Below, piece after piece: positions 1-8,791 of a stretch of 24,418 bases of DNA. Below the pieces are notes generated by a model, which was not told the origin of the DNA, made no database searches, and was given only the letters and a program-made list of their open reading frames with translations. Every line of letters begins with the position of its first letter. The stretch's first letter is position 1. Position numbers and translations under genes: made by a program. The DNA lies in contig CAXGWI010000040.1 in the NCBI GenBank assembly GCA_964013405.1, positions 1 through 24,418 of the forward strand. Direction: 5' to 3'. The DNA is from an uncultured Myxococcales bacterium. Its GTDB lineage: Bacteria; Myxococcota; UBA4151.

Positions 1-88
1 CCCCCCGTCACCGGCATCTGGGTTCGTTGCGCTCCCCCCGTCACCGGCATCTGGGTTCGTTGCGCTCCCCCCGTCACCGGCATCTGGG
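1..88. repeat. Perfect 33-bp tandem repeat (at least 2.7 copies, cut by window edge), coding for an 11-aa unit SATNPDAGDGG
   Basis: Unit ccccccgtcaccggcatctgggttcgttgcgct at 1-33 and 34-66, partial copy from 67; in frame with the minus-strand lipoprotein. Confidence 0.95.
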
Positions 89-276
89 GTGGCGGCCGAA
101 CCGCCATCCACCTCGGTTCCACCGTCCCTTGAAATCCGTTCGGAGCCCGCGGGGGCGCAGATCGCCTCAAGGCAATAGGACTGGGGGCAATCAGCATCGC
201 TGGCGCAGCGTTGGTAGCCCCGCAAGTTGGGCTGACAGCCCAGAACCAGCACCATGGGCAGGAGGTAACGCATCAT
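1..276 (-). CDS. Partial (3'-truncated) Cys-rich lipoprotein with PDAG-type repeat linker
   Basis: Not in the ORF track because it has no stop in the window. Manual translation from ATG 276: MMRYLLPMVLVLGCQPNLRGYQRCASDADCPQSYCLEAICAPAG...PDAGDGGSATNPDAGDGGSATNPDAGDGG. Lipobox VLGC, four-Cys module, and an ATGA overlap with the stop of the upstream gene. Confidence 0.8.
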   Translation of the reverse strand, partial: MMRYLLPMVLVLGCQPNLRGYQRCASDADCPQSYCLEAICAPAGSERISRDGGTEVDGGSAATPDAGDGGSATNPDAGDGGSATNPDAGDGG

Positions 277-1070
277 GGGAGATAGACCTTCGCCAATACA
301 CCCAAACTCACCGCGGCGACGCCCGTACCGAGGACGATGTTGCCCAGTCGGAACTGGCTCTCAAGAGTATCGAGAGATTGGTTTGTGACTTCTTGGGCTT
401 CATGGCTTTGATCGAAGGTGCTTTGGGCCTGGGCCATCACGAGCAGGCCGCCGCCGACGGCCAAGCCGCCGCTCGCCAGCAACAGGGTCGGCGTGAGGCT
501 TCGCTTCGATGCGGTGGGCTTCGGCGCGGCAGTGGGTGCCCCACTCGCCTTTTGGGGCTCAGCTTTGGTGGCTGCGGGGGGCTTTGTTGCCGCGACCTGG
601 GGCTCCGGAAAGGCCTCGGCCACCGCCTTGTCAACGGCCCCATCGACGCCGTCGAGCAGATCATCTTCGGATTTTAGTCGCTGCACGTGGCTGCCCACGA
701 CTTTGGCGCCGTTCACGTCCATAATCTTTATGGAGAGCAAGTAGCTCGCACCCACCCGGCCCAAATTGGCGTGGACGAGATACGGGACCCCCAAGGCGCC
801 GCCGATCTCGGCAAGGCAACTCTGATCATCGCAGTTGAGGGCCTGCTTTTGCTGCTCTAGATTCAACATCGCCCGCATGTCGGAGCCACTCAGGATGTTG
901 CCGAAGCGCTTCGTGCTTTTTAGTCGGGCCACCAGGCTGTCGTTGAGAATATTAGCCAGGCTCTGCTCCACCTCATGGACCGCCTCGAGATCCATGACGA
1001 CGACACCAGGCCGCTCGGCAGCGGGGGGCGCGGCGGTGATCAGGGCGATGGCGGTGATAAACGAAGACAA
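273..1070 (-). CDS. Exported hypothetical protein: signal peptide, CsgG/TolB-N-like domain with CxxxxC, Pro/Ala/Lys linker, two C-terminal hydrophobic segments
   Basis: N-terminus FITAIALITAAP; motif LNCDDQSCLAEIGGALGVPYLVHANLGRVG of a type common in myxobacterial exported proteins; TTG start; stop overlaps next start. Confidence 0.65.
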   Translation of the reverse strand: MSSFITAIALITAAPPAAERPGVVVMDLEAVHEVEQSLANILNDSLVARLKSTKRFGNILSGSDMRAMLNLEQQKQALNCDDQSCLAEIGGALGVPYLVHANLGRVGASYLLSIKIMDVNGAKVVGSHVQRLKSEDDLLDGVDGAVDKAVAEAFPEPQVAATKPPAATKAEPQKASGAPTAAPKPTASKRSLTPTLLLASGGLAVGGGLLVMAQAQSTFDQSHEAQEVTNQSLDTLESQFRLGNIVLGTGVAAVSLGVLAKVYLP

Positions 1071-1097
1071 GCGTAGGGTTCCCGCGGTTAGTCTGCC

Positions 1098-4000
1098 TCA
1101 AGGACCGGGCCGAGGAAAGAGTCGATCGCAATCGGCCCGTAGGGCTCGACTCAGGAGGGGGTCGACTTGTTTCAAATCCGCCAGGGCATCCTCGAGGCGC
1201 TCGGTGGCCTGCCCATCGCCACGACGGAGCCGCTGGCAGGCGTTGTCGAGGGCGCGAAAAACCGCATTGGCCATGACTGAGGGGCTGCCTTCAAACTCCC
1301 GGCGCAGTCGTTCTCGGCTGCGCTCCGCCTTGTCGAGTCGGCCCCGTAGCAGGTGACACCAGGCTAAATCGAGCCGAGCCCAGATCCCATGGGAGAGCCC
1401 GGCCCGTTCGGTAATCCGAAGGGCCCGGCGTAGGCGGGCCGTGGCGGCATCGACAGCGCCCATCATGCGTTGGAGTCGGGCCCCATTGATCAAGGCGACG
1501 GACAACAACCGTCGGCTTCCCAATTCCTCACTGCGCTCGATGACCCGCTCCATCAAGGCCTTGGCGGTCTGGGTTTCGCCGCGGCGCAGCAGCAGGTCGA
1601 AATGGAAGAAGGCAAGGGTGCACCAGGCCCGGATGTCCTCCGCCTCAAGCATGGCTTCAAGGGCTCGCTGGAGGGTTGTTTCCGCGGCATCAAGTCGCCC
1701 TTCTAGGCGCTCTACCTCCGCGGCCAAATGGAGCGCCCTCGCCACATCATGGCTGCTTGAAGCTAAGTTTAGGCCCTCGGCCGCAAGGGGGCCTAGCCGA
1801 TCTCGGCTCGCCGGAACATTGCGCAGGGTTAAGCCCAGGCAATAGATAATCTCCAGCCGCAGGGAATCAGAGCAGCGATCCCGTTCTCGCGCCAGCCGCT
1901 CGAGAATAGCGATGCCCTCCACAGGCTGCCCCTGATCGAGGGCGAGACGGGCCCGCTGAAGATCCAGCTTGATGCCGTGCTCAGCTCGACGGTCCGGATC
2001 GAGGCCGTCGAGGAGTTGTTGCGCCCTGTTGGCCACCCGGCTCGCTCCATTGAACTCCAAGGCCTCTCGCAGTCCGCGGCAGGCCTCGATGAGAAGTTCT
2101 AAGGCCTCCAGTTGGCGAGGGGTGTCGGCTAGGTAGAGCCCGGCTCGTTCGGCCCGGGAGTAGAGGCCTGCCTGGTAGGTTTGCAGGACCACATCGGCGC
2201 AGGCCTCTCGCCACTGAGCCCAGCGCCCAGCCTGTCGAGCCCGTCCCATGAGGCTTTCCCGCAAAAGACCGTGACTGAAGCGGTAGCCGTCATCGAGGGG
2301 GAGCAGGAGGCCCGCTTTGAGCAGGCGCGCCGGCAAACTGCCCAAGGGCGGCAAGGCCGCTCGCTCCAGGCCTGCTTCCCATTCCTCTCCATGGAGGTCG
2401 CCATCCATTGCCGCCCCCAGTTCCAATTGCTGATGTACGGCCTCGGACTCGTGGGCGAGCCGGTCCATCCACAAACTATGTAGATCCTCTGTGATCGGCG
2501 GCATGGGTCCGGCCAGTTCGAAACCTTGGCGCCCCATTTGGAGCAGGCCGCGACTGATCCAGTCGGCCAATAGCTGCTGGGCGAAGAGCGGGTTCCCCTC
2601 GGCCCGAAGAGCCAGTTGAGTCGCCAGTTCGGGCTCCAGTTCGAGGAGGTCACGAGTCAGCTTCTGAGTGGCTTTTGTCGACAGGGGCTCCAGTCTGATT
2701 TCCGTAGCTCTAGCCCCCTCGAGAAGGTCCTCGATCAGGGCCGTGTTCTCCCGATGAGTTGCCTCCGCCTCCCTCTGACTGGTGATGGCAACCAGCAGGG
2801 GGAAGTGAGCCCACTCCAGCAAGCCACGAACGAAGTTGAGGGCATCCAAATCCACCAGGCCGTCGTCGAGGACAAGAATCAGCGGGCGCTCTCGGGCCCG
2901 GCTGTGGAGCAAGCGGCCCAGGACTCGGTGCCGGGCCTCTTGGCTTTCGAAACGTCGGCCTTGAAACCATCGCCTCGGGGCCAGGAGGCGGCAAAGATCG
3001 GCCAACTCGTCAGCATCGCTCTCCGGCAGTCGCTGGACTAAATGTTGGCGCAGTGACGAGCCATGGAGGTCCTGGCAGCGGAGGGCCTGTTGGGCCATCG
3101 CGGTCAGTGCCTCGCCGGCCGGTTGGTCTGGATGGTGGTGAGCGATGAACGACTCGGCGGCTCCAACTTCATGGGCCCGTGAGGCAAACCAAGCGAGGAG
3201 GTGACTCTTGCCGCAGCCAGCGGGCCCACGGATCACGACGAGCGCCGGGCCTTGGTCCTCTTCCACCTGCATCAAGGCTGTCCACAGGCGCTGGCAGTGC
3301 GCCGCCCTTCCAGTGGGCGGCGGTCGCCGAAGCCCAAAGAGGCCCAGGCCTGATTGGACATCTTGTCTTCTTCGGACCAAGCCGCCACGCCAGTCGTCTG
3401 GGCTTAGGACTGGGCGCTGCCTGGGGGCGATTTCGCTCGGCAGCGGCGGGGGGGCGATGGCCTCGGGCTGAGAGGGCATCGGCCCCGTGGGGAATTGGTC
3501 GGTTTCGGTGATGATGTCTCGGTGGCTATCGAGAACGATGGTGTGCCGAGGTTGACTGACGATAGTCGGTTCGTTCGTGCTCCCCGGTGGGGGCATGGGC
3601 GGGGGTTCTCCATGCTCCCCTTCCACTGCAGTGCTGGCTGCAGGAAGGCTAGCCAGTGCGTCGGCAGCGAGACGAAAACGCTGGTCTGGGCGGCGCTGCA
3701 GGAGACGCCGGACCCAGGGGCAGAAGGCCGGGGGCAGGGGCAGCGCTGGCTGAAACGGGCCCAATGGGCTTTCGGCTTGGGCCAAAAGCTCGGCCATTGG
3801 ACCTTCCGCGGTGGCCGAGAAGGGGCGATGGCCTGTAGCCAAACGAAAGGCGAGGCAGCCGAGGGCGAAAAGATCTGTGCTGGGGCTGTAGTCCCGCCAA
3901 TGGCCACGGACTTGTTCGGGGGCCATATAGGCCGGCGTGCCGAAGATCTGGGAGCCACTTTCGAGGAGGGGGTCCTCCATGGCAAAAGCGAGACCGAAGT

Positions 4001-4487
4001 CCGCCAGTTTGAGTTGGCCATCTGCGGTAAAGAGCACATTGGCTGGTTTGAGGTCTCGGTGCAGTACGCCCCGGGCGTGACTGTGGGCCAGGCCCGCAAG
4101 GATGCGACTGAGCGTCTGGTGGAGCCGGGGCCAAGATGGGGTCGAGGTGCTGCCGAGCGTCCCCCCGCCACAGAATTCCATGGCCATCCATGGAGCCCCT
4201 GGAGGAATGGCCCCCTGGGTGAAGGCAGCCAGTCGCTCGTCGCTGCGGCCGTGATCGTAGATGGCGACGATGTGGGGATGTTCCAAGGCAGCCACAGCCT
4301 GAATCTCTCGGGCAAAGCGAGCTTCCATGCGATCTGGCGCAAGACCTTTGGGTACCTTGAGGAATTTAAGGGCGACGATACGGTTTAAGTCCGTGTGCCG
4401 GGCGGACCAGACCGTGCCCATCCCACCCCGGCCGATGGGTTCGATGAGCCGGAAGGCTCCGAGGCATTGTTCCGGGTCCAGGGCCAT
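1098..4487 (-). CDS. Ser/Thr protein kinase fused to a STAND-type (AAA_16-like) ATPase and TPR-like helical repeats, about 1129 aa
   Basis: Kinase motifs GRGGMGTV, VALK, HRDLKPAN, DFG, GTPAYMAPEQ; Walker A GPAGCGKS; Walker B LILVLDD; EGNPLF motif; Ala/Leu/Arg-rich helical C-terminus. Start moved to ATG 4487 (MALDPEQ) because the track's extension overlaps the divergent permease. Confidence 0.9.
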   Translation of the reverse strand: MALDPEQCLGAFRLIEPIGRGGMGTVWSARHTDLNRIVALKFLKVPKGLAPDRMEARFAREIQAVAALEHPHIVAIYDHGRSDERLAAFTQGAIPPGAPWMAMEFCGGGTLGSTSTPSWPRLHQTLSRILAGLAHSHARGVLHRDLKPANVLFTADGQLKLADFGLAFAMEDPLLESGSQIFGTPAYMAPEQVRGHWRDYSPSTDLFALGCLAFRLATGHRPFSATAEGPMAELLAQAESPLGPFQPALPLPPAFCPWVRRLLQRRPDQRFRLAADALASLPAASTAVEGEHGEPPPMPPPGSTNEPTIVSQPRHTIVLDSHRDIITETDQFPTGPMPSQPEAIAPPPLPSEIAPRQRPVLSPDDWRGGLVRRRQDVQSGLGLFGLRRPPPTGRAAHCQRLWTALMQVEEDQGPALVVIRGPAGCGKSHLLAWFASRAHEVGAAESFIAHHHPDQPAGEALTAMAQQALRCQDLHGSSLRQHLVQRLPESDADELADLCRLLAPRRWFQGRRFESQEARHRVLGRLLHSRARERPLILVLDDGLVDLDALNFVRGLLEWAHFPLLVAITSQREAEATHRENTALIEDLLEGARATEIRLEPLSTKATQKLTRDLLELEPELATQLALRAEGNPLFAQQLLADWISRGLLQMGRQGFELAGPMPPITEDLHSLWMDRLAHESEAVHQQLELGAAMDGDLHGEEWEAGLERAALPPLGSLPARLLKAGLLLPLDDGYRFSHGLLRESLMGRARQAGRWAQWREACADVVLQTYQAGLYSRAERAGLYLADTPRQLEALELLIEACRGLREALEFNGASRVANRAQQLLDGLDPDRRAEHGIKLDLQRARLALDQGQPVEGIAILERLARERDRCSDSLRLEIIYCLGLTLRNVPASRDRLGPLAAEGLNLASSSHDVARALHLAAEVERLEGRLDAAETTLQRALEAMLEAEDIRAWCTLAFFHFDLLLRRGETQTAKALMERVIERSEELGSRRLLSVALINGARLQRMMGAVDAATARLRRALRITERAGLSHGIWARLDLAWCHLLRGRLDKAERSRERLRREFEGSPSVMANAVFRALDNACQRLRRGDGQATERLEDALADLKQVDPLLSRALRADCDRLFPRPGP

Positions 4488-4595
4488 ACGGGCCCTTAGC
4501 GGGGCCCAGGCCGGATGCCAACCGGCCCTGTTGCTTGGAAGTTGTCGACGCCATCGATTGAACAGGTTAGGATAGAGCGCTGACTGGAGTTCCCT

Positions 4596-5792
4596 GTGCT
4601 GGACAACCTGTGGATGGTCATGACTGAGTTGGCCCCTTGGTTGATCCTGGGGGCAGTCATTGCTGGCCTGCTCCACGGCCTTTTGCCGCCAAACTTTGTC
4701 ATCCGCCACCTGAGGGGGCGGGGCGCTGTACTCAAGGCCGTGGCCCTGGGGGTGCCGATGCCCCTGTGCTCTTGCGGCGTGATTCCGGCCGGCCTCGGCC
4801 TGAAAAAGGATGGCGCAAGTGATGGTGCCAGCGTCGGCTTCTTGGTGAGCACGCCCCAAACAGGTGTGGACTCGATCCTCGTCAGTGCGAGCTTTCTGGG
4901 CTGGCCTTTTGCGTTGTTTAAAGTGCTCGCCGCCCTCGTGACGGGTTTGCTTGGGGGCTGGTTGACGGACGCGGCGACGGAGGCGCCCGGTGCCCCTGTA
5001 GAAAGTGCCTCAGAACAGCGGGACGCTGAACCTCGAGGTCTTCGGGAGATGATCGACCACGGCTTGGACATCATCCGCAGTATCTGGGGCTGGTTGTTGG
5101 TGGGGATCTTCGCATCGGCGGCGATCTCGACGTGGTTGCCACCGGAGCTTGTCAAAGACTTTAATGGCACAGGATTGGTTTTGGGCATCGCCTTCATGTT
5201 GGTGATCTCGTTGCCGCTCTACGTTTGTGCGACCGCCAGCGTCCCCATTGCCGCGGCCTTGGTCATGCAAGGCTTGCCGGCGGGCACAGCCATGGTCTTT
5301 TTGATGGCCGGACCCGCGACCAATCTGGCCACCATGGGTGCGGTCCTCCATGGCTTTGGTAAGCGGGTGTTGGCCATCTACCTGTCCGTTATCATCGTGG
5401 GCAGCGTCGTTGCTGCCTTTGCCTTCGACGCACTCATAGGAGTGGGGCCGATGAGTCATGGCGCCCATCATCACCACCCGGCGCCTTGGGCAACGGCTGC
5501 GGCGGTGGTCCTGACCGGAGCGATCCTCTGGTTTGCCTTCCAGGATTTGCGTCAATGGTGGGCCGGTCGGAGGCAAATCGATATCGACGGGGCTGAGATC
5601 ATTCATGATGTCAGCATCGAGGGGATGACCTGCATGGGTTGCGTGCGGAAATTAACCGGCAGGCTTGAAGCCACCGAGGGGGTCGATCAAGCCATCGTTC
5701 GTCTCGAGCCAGGCTCTGCCCGGGTTTCGGGAAGCATTAATCGGGAGGACTTAGAGGCGGTCATCCTCGCGTCAGGGTTTCGGGCGATCTAA
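4596..5792 (+). CDS. ArsP/DUF318-type metal permease with C-terminal heavy-metal-associated (HMA) domain
   Basis: Family motifs PMPLCSCGVIP, STPQTGVDS, PLYVCATASVPIAA, FLMAGPATN; His-rich loop SHGAHHHHP; HMA motif EGMTCMGCV; GGAG upstream of the GTG start. Confidence 0.85.
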   Translation: MLDNLWMVMTELAPWLILGAVIAGLLHGLLPPNFVIRHLRGRGAVLKAVALGVPMPLCSCGVIPAGLGLKKDGASDGASVGFLVSTPQTGVDSILVSASFLGWPFALFKVLAALVTGLLGGWLTDAATEAPGAPVESASEQRDAEPRGLREMIDHGLDIIRSIWGWLLVGIFASAAISTWLPPELVKDFNGTGLVLGIAFMLVISLPLYVCATASVPIAAALVMQGLPAGTAMVFLMAGPATNLATMGAVLHGFGKRVLAIYLSVIIVGSVVAAFAFDALIGVGPMSHGAHHHHPAPWATAAAVVLTGAILWFAFQDLRQWWAGRRQIDIDGAEIIHDVSIEGMTCMGCVRKLTGRLEATEGVDQAIVRLEPGSARVSGSINREDLEAVILASGFRAI

Positions 5793-6214
5793 TGGTTGGG
5801 CAGGCGGAACAGAAGGAAGGTCGTTGGTTTGATCGCGTGGCGGCCGGACTGGGCATTGCCTGTGCCGTTCACTGTCTTTCTATGCCCCTGCTCATCGGCA
5901 CATTGCCGTTCTTAAGCCTCAGTTGGCTTGCCAGTGAGACAACTGAAATTTGGATGGTCGCCGTGCTCATCGTGACGGCCCTCGTCGGCATCATCTGGGG
6001 AATAAAGCGTCATGGGAATTTGCGAGTGATCTCGACCTTCATCGCCGCTGTGATCTTGCTGGCTGTGGGTCAAGTCCTCCACGAGGCGGAGTATTTGACT
6101 CATCTCCTCACCATTTTGGGCTCCATAGCGATCGCATGCGCCCATCTCTTCAGTGCCCGTGTGCGCAAGACCTCTCCAGGACCCGAGCAGGATAATTGCT
6201 GCGACCACTCCTGA
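5792..6214 (+). CDS. MerC-family membrane protein
   Basis: DRVAAGLGIACAVHCLSMPLL matches the MerC-type N-terminal CxxHC motif; four hydrophobic helices; C-terminal CCDH; TAATG overlap with the permease stop. Confidence 0.75.
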   Translation: MVGQAEQKEGRWFDRVAAGLGIACAVHCLSMPLLIGTLPFLSLSWLASETTEIWMVAVLIVTALVGIIWGIKRHGNLRVISTFIAAVILLAVGQVLHEAEYLTHLLTILGSIAIACAHLFSARVRKTSPGPEQDNCCDHS

Positions 6215-6298
6215 CACCAGGGGTCGACCAGACGGCTGAAGACAGCACGGTGCAGGTTTGCTAGGGCGCCCTGCCGACGATCCAAGGAGTGCGAGACC

Positions 6299-7327
6299 GT
6301 GTTCGCCAGTTCGTATCGTGAAGCTCGGACGAGTTTCCGTCGTGAGGTGGAACAAAGGGGCGGGGAACTGCACTCGCTCGTCGTCCATGAAGATGACGAC
6401 CTCACCATCGACATCGCTCAGTTTAATCCCATGGCGGAGCGCGTATTGGTGATTTCCAGTGGCCTTCACGGTGTGGAAGGTTATGCGGGAAGCGCCATTC
6501 AGTTGGACTTTCTCGCGGCGGATTGGCCGGATGATCTCGGTGTCGTGTTCTTGCACGCACTCAATCCCTACGGGATGCACTTCATTCGCCGTGTGAACGA
6601 ATCGAACGTGGACTTAAACCGTAACTTTCTGCCGCCCGGCGAACCCTACGAGGGCAGCACGCCGGCCTATCAAAAACTCAACCCGCTGCTCAATAAAGCC
6701 TGCGCACCTGGATCCTTCGAGTTCTTCTTTCCTCGAGCCCTCTGGGCGATCTTTCAAAACGGCTTCAACGCGCTGAAGCAGGCTGTGGTGGAGGGGCAGT
6801 ACGACTTTCCCCAAGGGGTGTTTTACGGGGGCTCGGCCTTAGAGCAGACCGCCGTCCTGCTGCAGCGGCATCTACCGGGCTTCGTGGAACAAGCGCAACG
6901 GGCAATCCTCGTCGACTTTCATACGGGATTAGGGGCCAGTGGGACCTATGCGCTGCTTGTCGATGCGCCCAGTGATAGTGAACGGTACCGAGTTCTTCGG
7001 GAGCGCTTCGGTGAGCGAGTTCAACCTTGGGATCCGGACGAAGGTGTCGCCTATACGATCCGGGGCGGGTTTCCATCGGCGCTACAGCGCTGGTTTGGCG
7101 ATCGGATGGAAGTGCTGACTTGTGAGTTTGGTACCCATCCACCACTGACCGTCTTGAATGCGCTAACGACGGAAAACCGGGCCCACCACTGGGGGGGCGA
7201 CCAGGCGCAGGCGAAGGCCCAGCTCATGGAGGCCTTTTGCCCCCGTTCTCCCCGCTGGCGATCGGAAGTGCTCGCCGGTGGTGCGACGGTTCTTCGCCAA
7301 GCGGTCGAGCGCTTGCAGGAGGTCTGA
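6299..7327 (+). CDS. DUF2817 / M14 zinc carboxypeptidase-like metallohydrolase
   Basis: SGLHGVEGYAGS (HxxE Zn ligands), NPYG, RRVNESNVDLNRNF, DFHTGLG (third ligand), CEFGT; AAGGAG upstream; no signal peptide. Confidence 0.85.
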   Translation: MFASSYREARTSFRREVEQRGGELHSLVVHEDDDLTIDIAQFNPMAERVLVISSGLHGVEGYAGSAIQLDFLAADWPDDLGVVFLHALNPYGMHFIRRVNESNVDLNRNFLPPGEPYEGSTPAYQKLNPLLNKACAPGSFEFFFPRALWAIFQNGFNALKQAVVEGQYDFPQGVFYGGSALEQTAVLLQRHLPGFVEQAQRAILVDFHTGLGASGTYALLVDAPSDSERYRVLRERFGERVQPWDPDEGVAYTIRGGFPSALQRWFGDRMEVLTCEFGTHPPLTVLNALTTENRAHHWGGDQAQAKAQLMEAFCPRSPRWRSEVLAGGATVLRQAVERLQEV

Positions 7328-8784
7328 TGGAAGGGCCCGCGGTATCGACGCCTGAGTCGTCGAAAGAGGAACTCGACGTTTTTCGTCAAATCCAGGCGCT
7401 CCTTGCGGAGTACCTGGTTCAAGCCCGGGATCCGTTGACACCGGTCGTGGATTATCTGGAACCGGCATCCCTGGCGAAACGCTTTGATTTCAGTCTGCCG
7501 GAGACCGGGGCGACCAACGCGGCCCTTCCGGCTCTGGTTCGTGATTACTTGGAGCATAGCGTCCGTTCGGCAAACCCACGCTTCTTCAACCAACTCTTCG
7601 GCGGCTTCTTGTTGCCGGGCGTGGTCGGGGAGCACGTGGCCGCTGTGACGAATACCTCCATGTATACCTACGAGTGTGCGCCGATGGCCACGCTGATGGA
7701 AGCGGCTGTTGTCGAAGAAATGGCCCGGTTGGTGGGGTTTACGAAGGGCGAAGGACTTCTGGTCACCGGCGGTAGCAATGCCAACCTTGTGGCCATGAAC
7801 GCAGCCCGTCACCGGGCCCGGCCGGAGGTGAAGAGCCAGGGTGGTTCGGGTCAGGCGCCGCTGGTCGCCTTCGTGAGTGATCAGGCCCATTATTCCTTTG
7901 AGAAGGCGGTGGCCTTGATGGGGATCGGGACACAGAACTTGTGGCGGGTGGCTACAGACGCCGATGGGGCGATGCGGCCTGAGGCCCTGGCTGAATCGAT
8001 CAAAGACTGCCGAGAAAAAGGCTTCGAACCCTTCTTTGTAGGAGCCACCTCAGGCACCACGGTGTGCGGCGCATTCGATCCCCTCCCGACTCTTGCCGAG
8101 ATCTGCGCCGAAGAGCAGCTATGGTTACATGTGGATGGCAGTTGGGGTGGAAGCGTCGCACTTTCGCAGCAGCACCGACACCTGATTCAGGGCTCAGCGA
8201 ATGCGGACAGCATGACCTGGAACCCCCATAAGATGATGGGCCTGCCCTTGCCCTGTTCAGCCATTCTCTTTCGACAAGCGGGAACCTTGGCGGAGGTCCA
8301 TGGGGTCGGGGGCACCGAGTATCTCTTTCACGATCATGACAGCCTGCCCGATCTGGGCCCCCTTTCCTTGCAGTGTGGTCGCCGGGTCGATGCGCTGAAG
8401 CTTTGGTTGGCCTGGCGCTGTCTGGGAACCGATGGATTTACTCGTCGCATCGACCATCTCTTCGGGCTTTGCCAGCAAGCGAGGGAGCGGGTGTGTCAGG
8501 AACCTCGTCTCGAGTTGATGCGGGAGCCCATCTCCGTGAATCTGGTTTTTCGCTATCGCCCCCTGGGCGTCAGTTGCGAAGATGAACTCGATCGAGTCAA
8601 TGTCTCCCTACGACGTGCGCTACACCACCGGGGGCTCGCCTTGGTGAACTATGCCACTGTCGATGGGGCCCAAGTCTTCCGTTTGGTCTTCGCCAATGGG
8701 GACCAGTCGGCGGCCGATGTCCGCCGTTTCTTCGATGATCTGCTCGACTGCGCCCGAGACCTGATCGAGCCCCAGATCTCGTGA
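7327..8784 (+). CDS. Group II PLP-dependent amino acid decarboxylase, CSAD/GADL1/ADC-like, 485 aa
   Basis: PRFFNQLF, NTSMYTYE, GGSNAN, AHYSFEK, ATSGTTVCGAFDP, WLHVDGSWGG, TWNPHKMMG (PLP Lys at 8230-8232), QCGRRVDALKLW. Start set at ATG 7327, which overlaps the upstream TGA. Confidence 0.92.
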   Translation: MEGPAVSTPESSKEELDVFRQIQALLAEYLVQARDPLTPVVDYLEPASLAKRFDFSLPETGATNAALPALVRDYLEHSVRSANPRFFNQLFGGFLLPGVVGEHVAAVTNTSMYTYECAPMATLMEAAVVEEMARLVGFTKGEGLLVTGGSNANLVAMNAARHRARPEVKSQGGSGQAPLVAFVSDQAHYSFEKAVALMGIGTQNLWRVATDADGAMRPEALAESIKDCREKGFEPFFVGATSGTTVCGAFDPLPTLAEICAEEQLWLHVDGSWGGSVALSQQHRHLIQGSANADSMTWNPHKMMGLPLPCSAILFRQAGTLAEVHGVGGTEYLFHDHDSLPDLGPLSLQCGRRVDALKLWLAWRCLGTDGFTRRIDHLFGLCQQARERVCQEPRLELMREPISVNLVFRYRPLGVSCEDELDRVNVSLRRALHHRGLALVNYATVDGAQVFRLVFANGDQSAADVRRFFDDLLDCARDLIEPQIS

Positions 8785-8791
8785 CCGGACC

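Noticed and set aside
1..88. 33-bp repeats as a CRISPR array
   Set aside because: The units are directly adjacent with no unique spacers, are in frame within a CDS, and no cas genes are present.
4550..4580. ArsR/SmtB-type operator (TGAACAG) upstream of the metal permease
   Set aside because: Only a half-site; no matching inverted half and no regulator gene nearby.
4488..4859. N-terminal 124-aa extension of the kinase in the ORF track
   Set aside because: Overlaps the divergent permease gene and has no domain-like content; the kinase domain starts right after ATG 4487.
6245..6265. Sigma-54 promoter before the DUF2817 operon (GG...TTTGC)
   Set aside because: GG-to-GC spacing is 9 nt, not the required 10.
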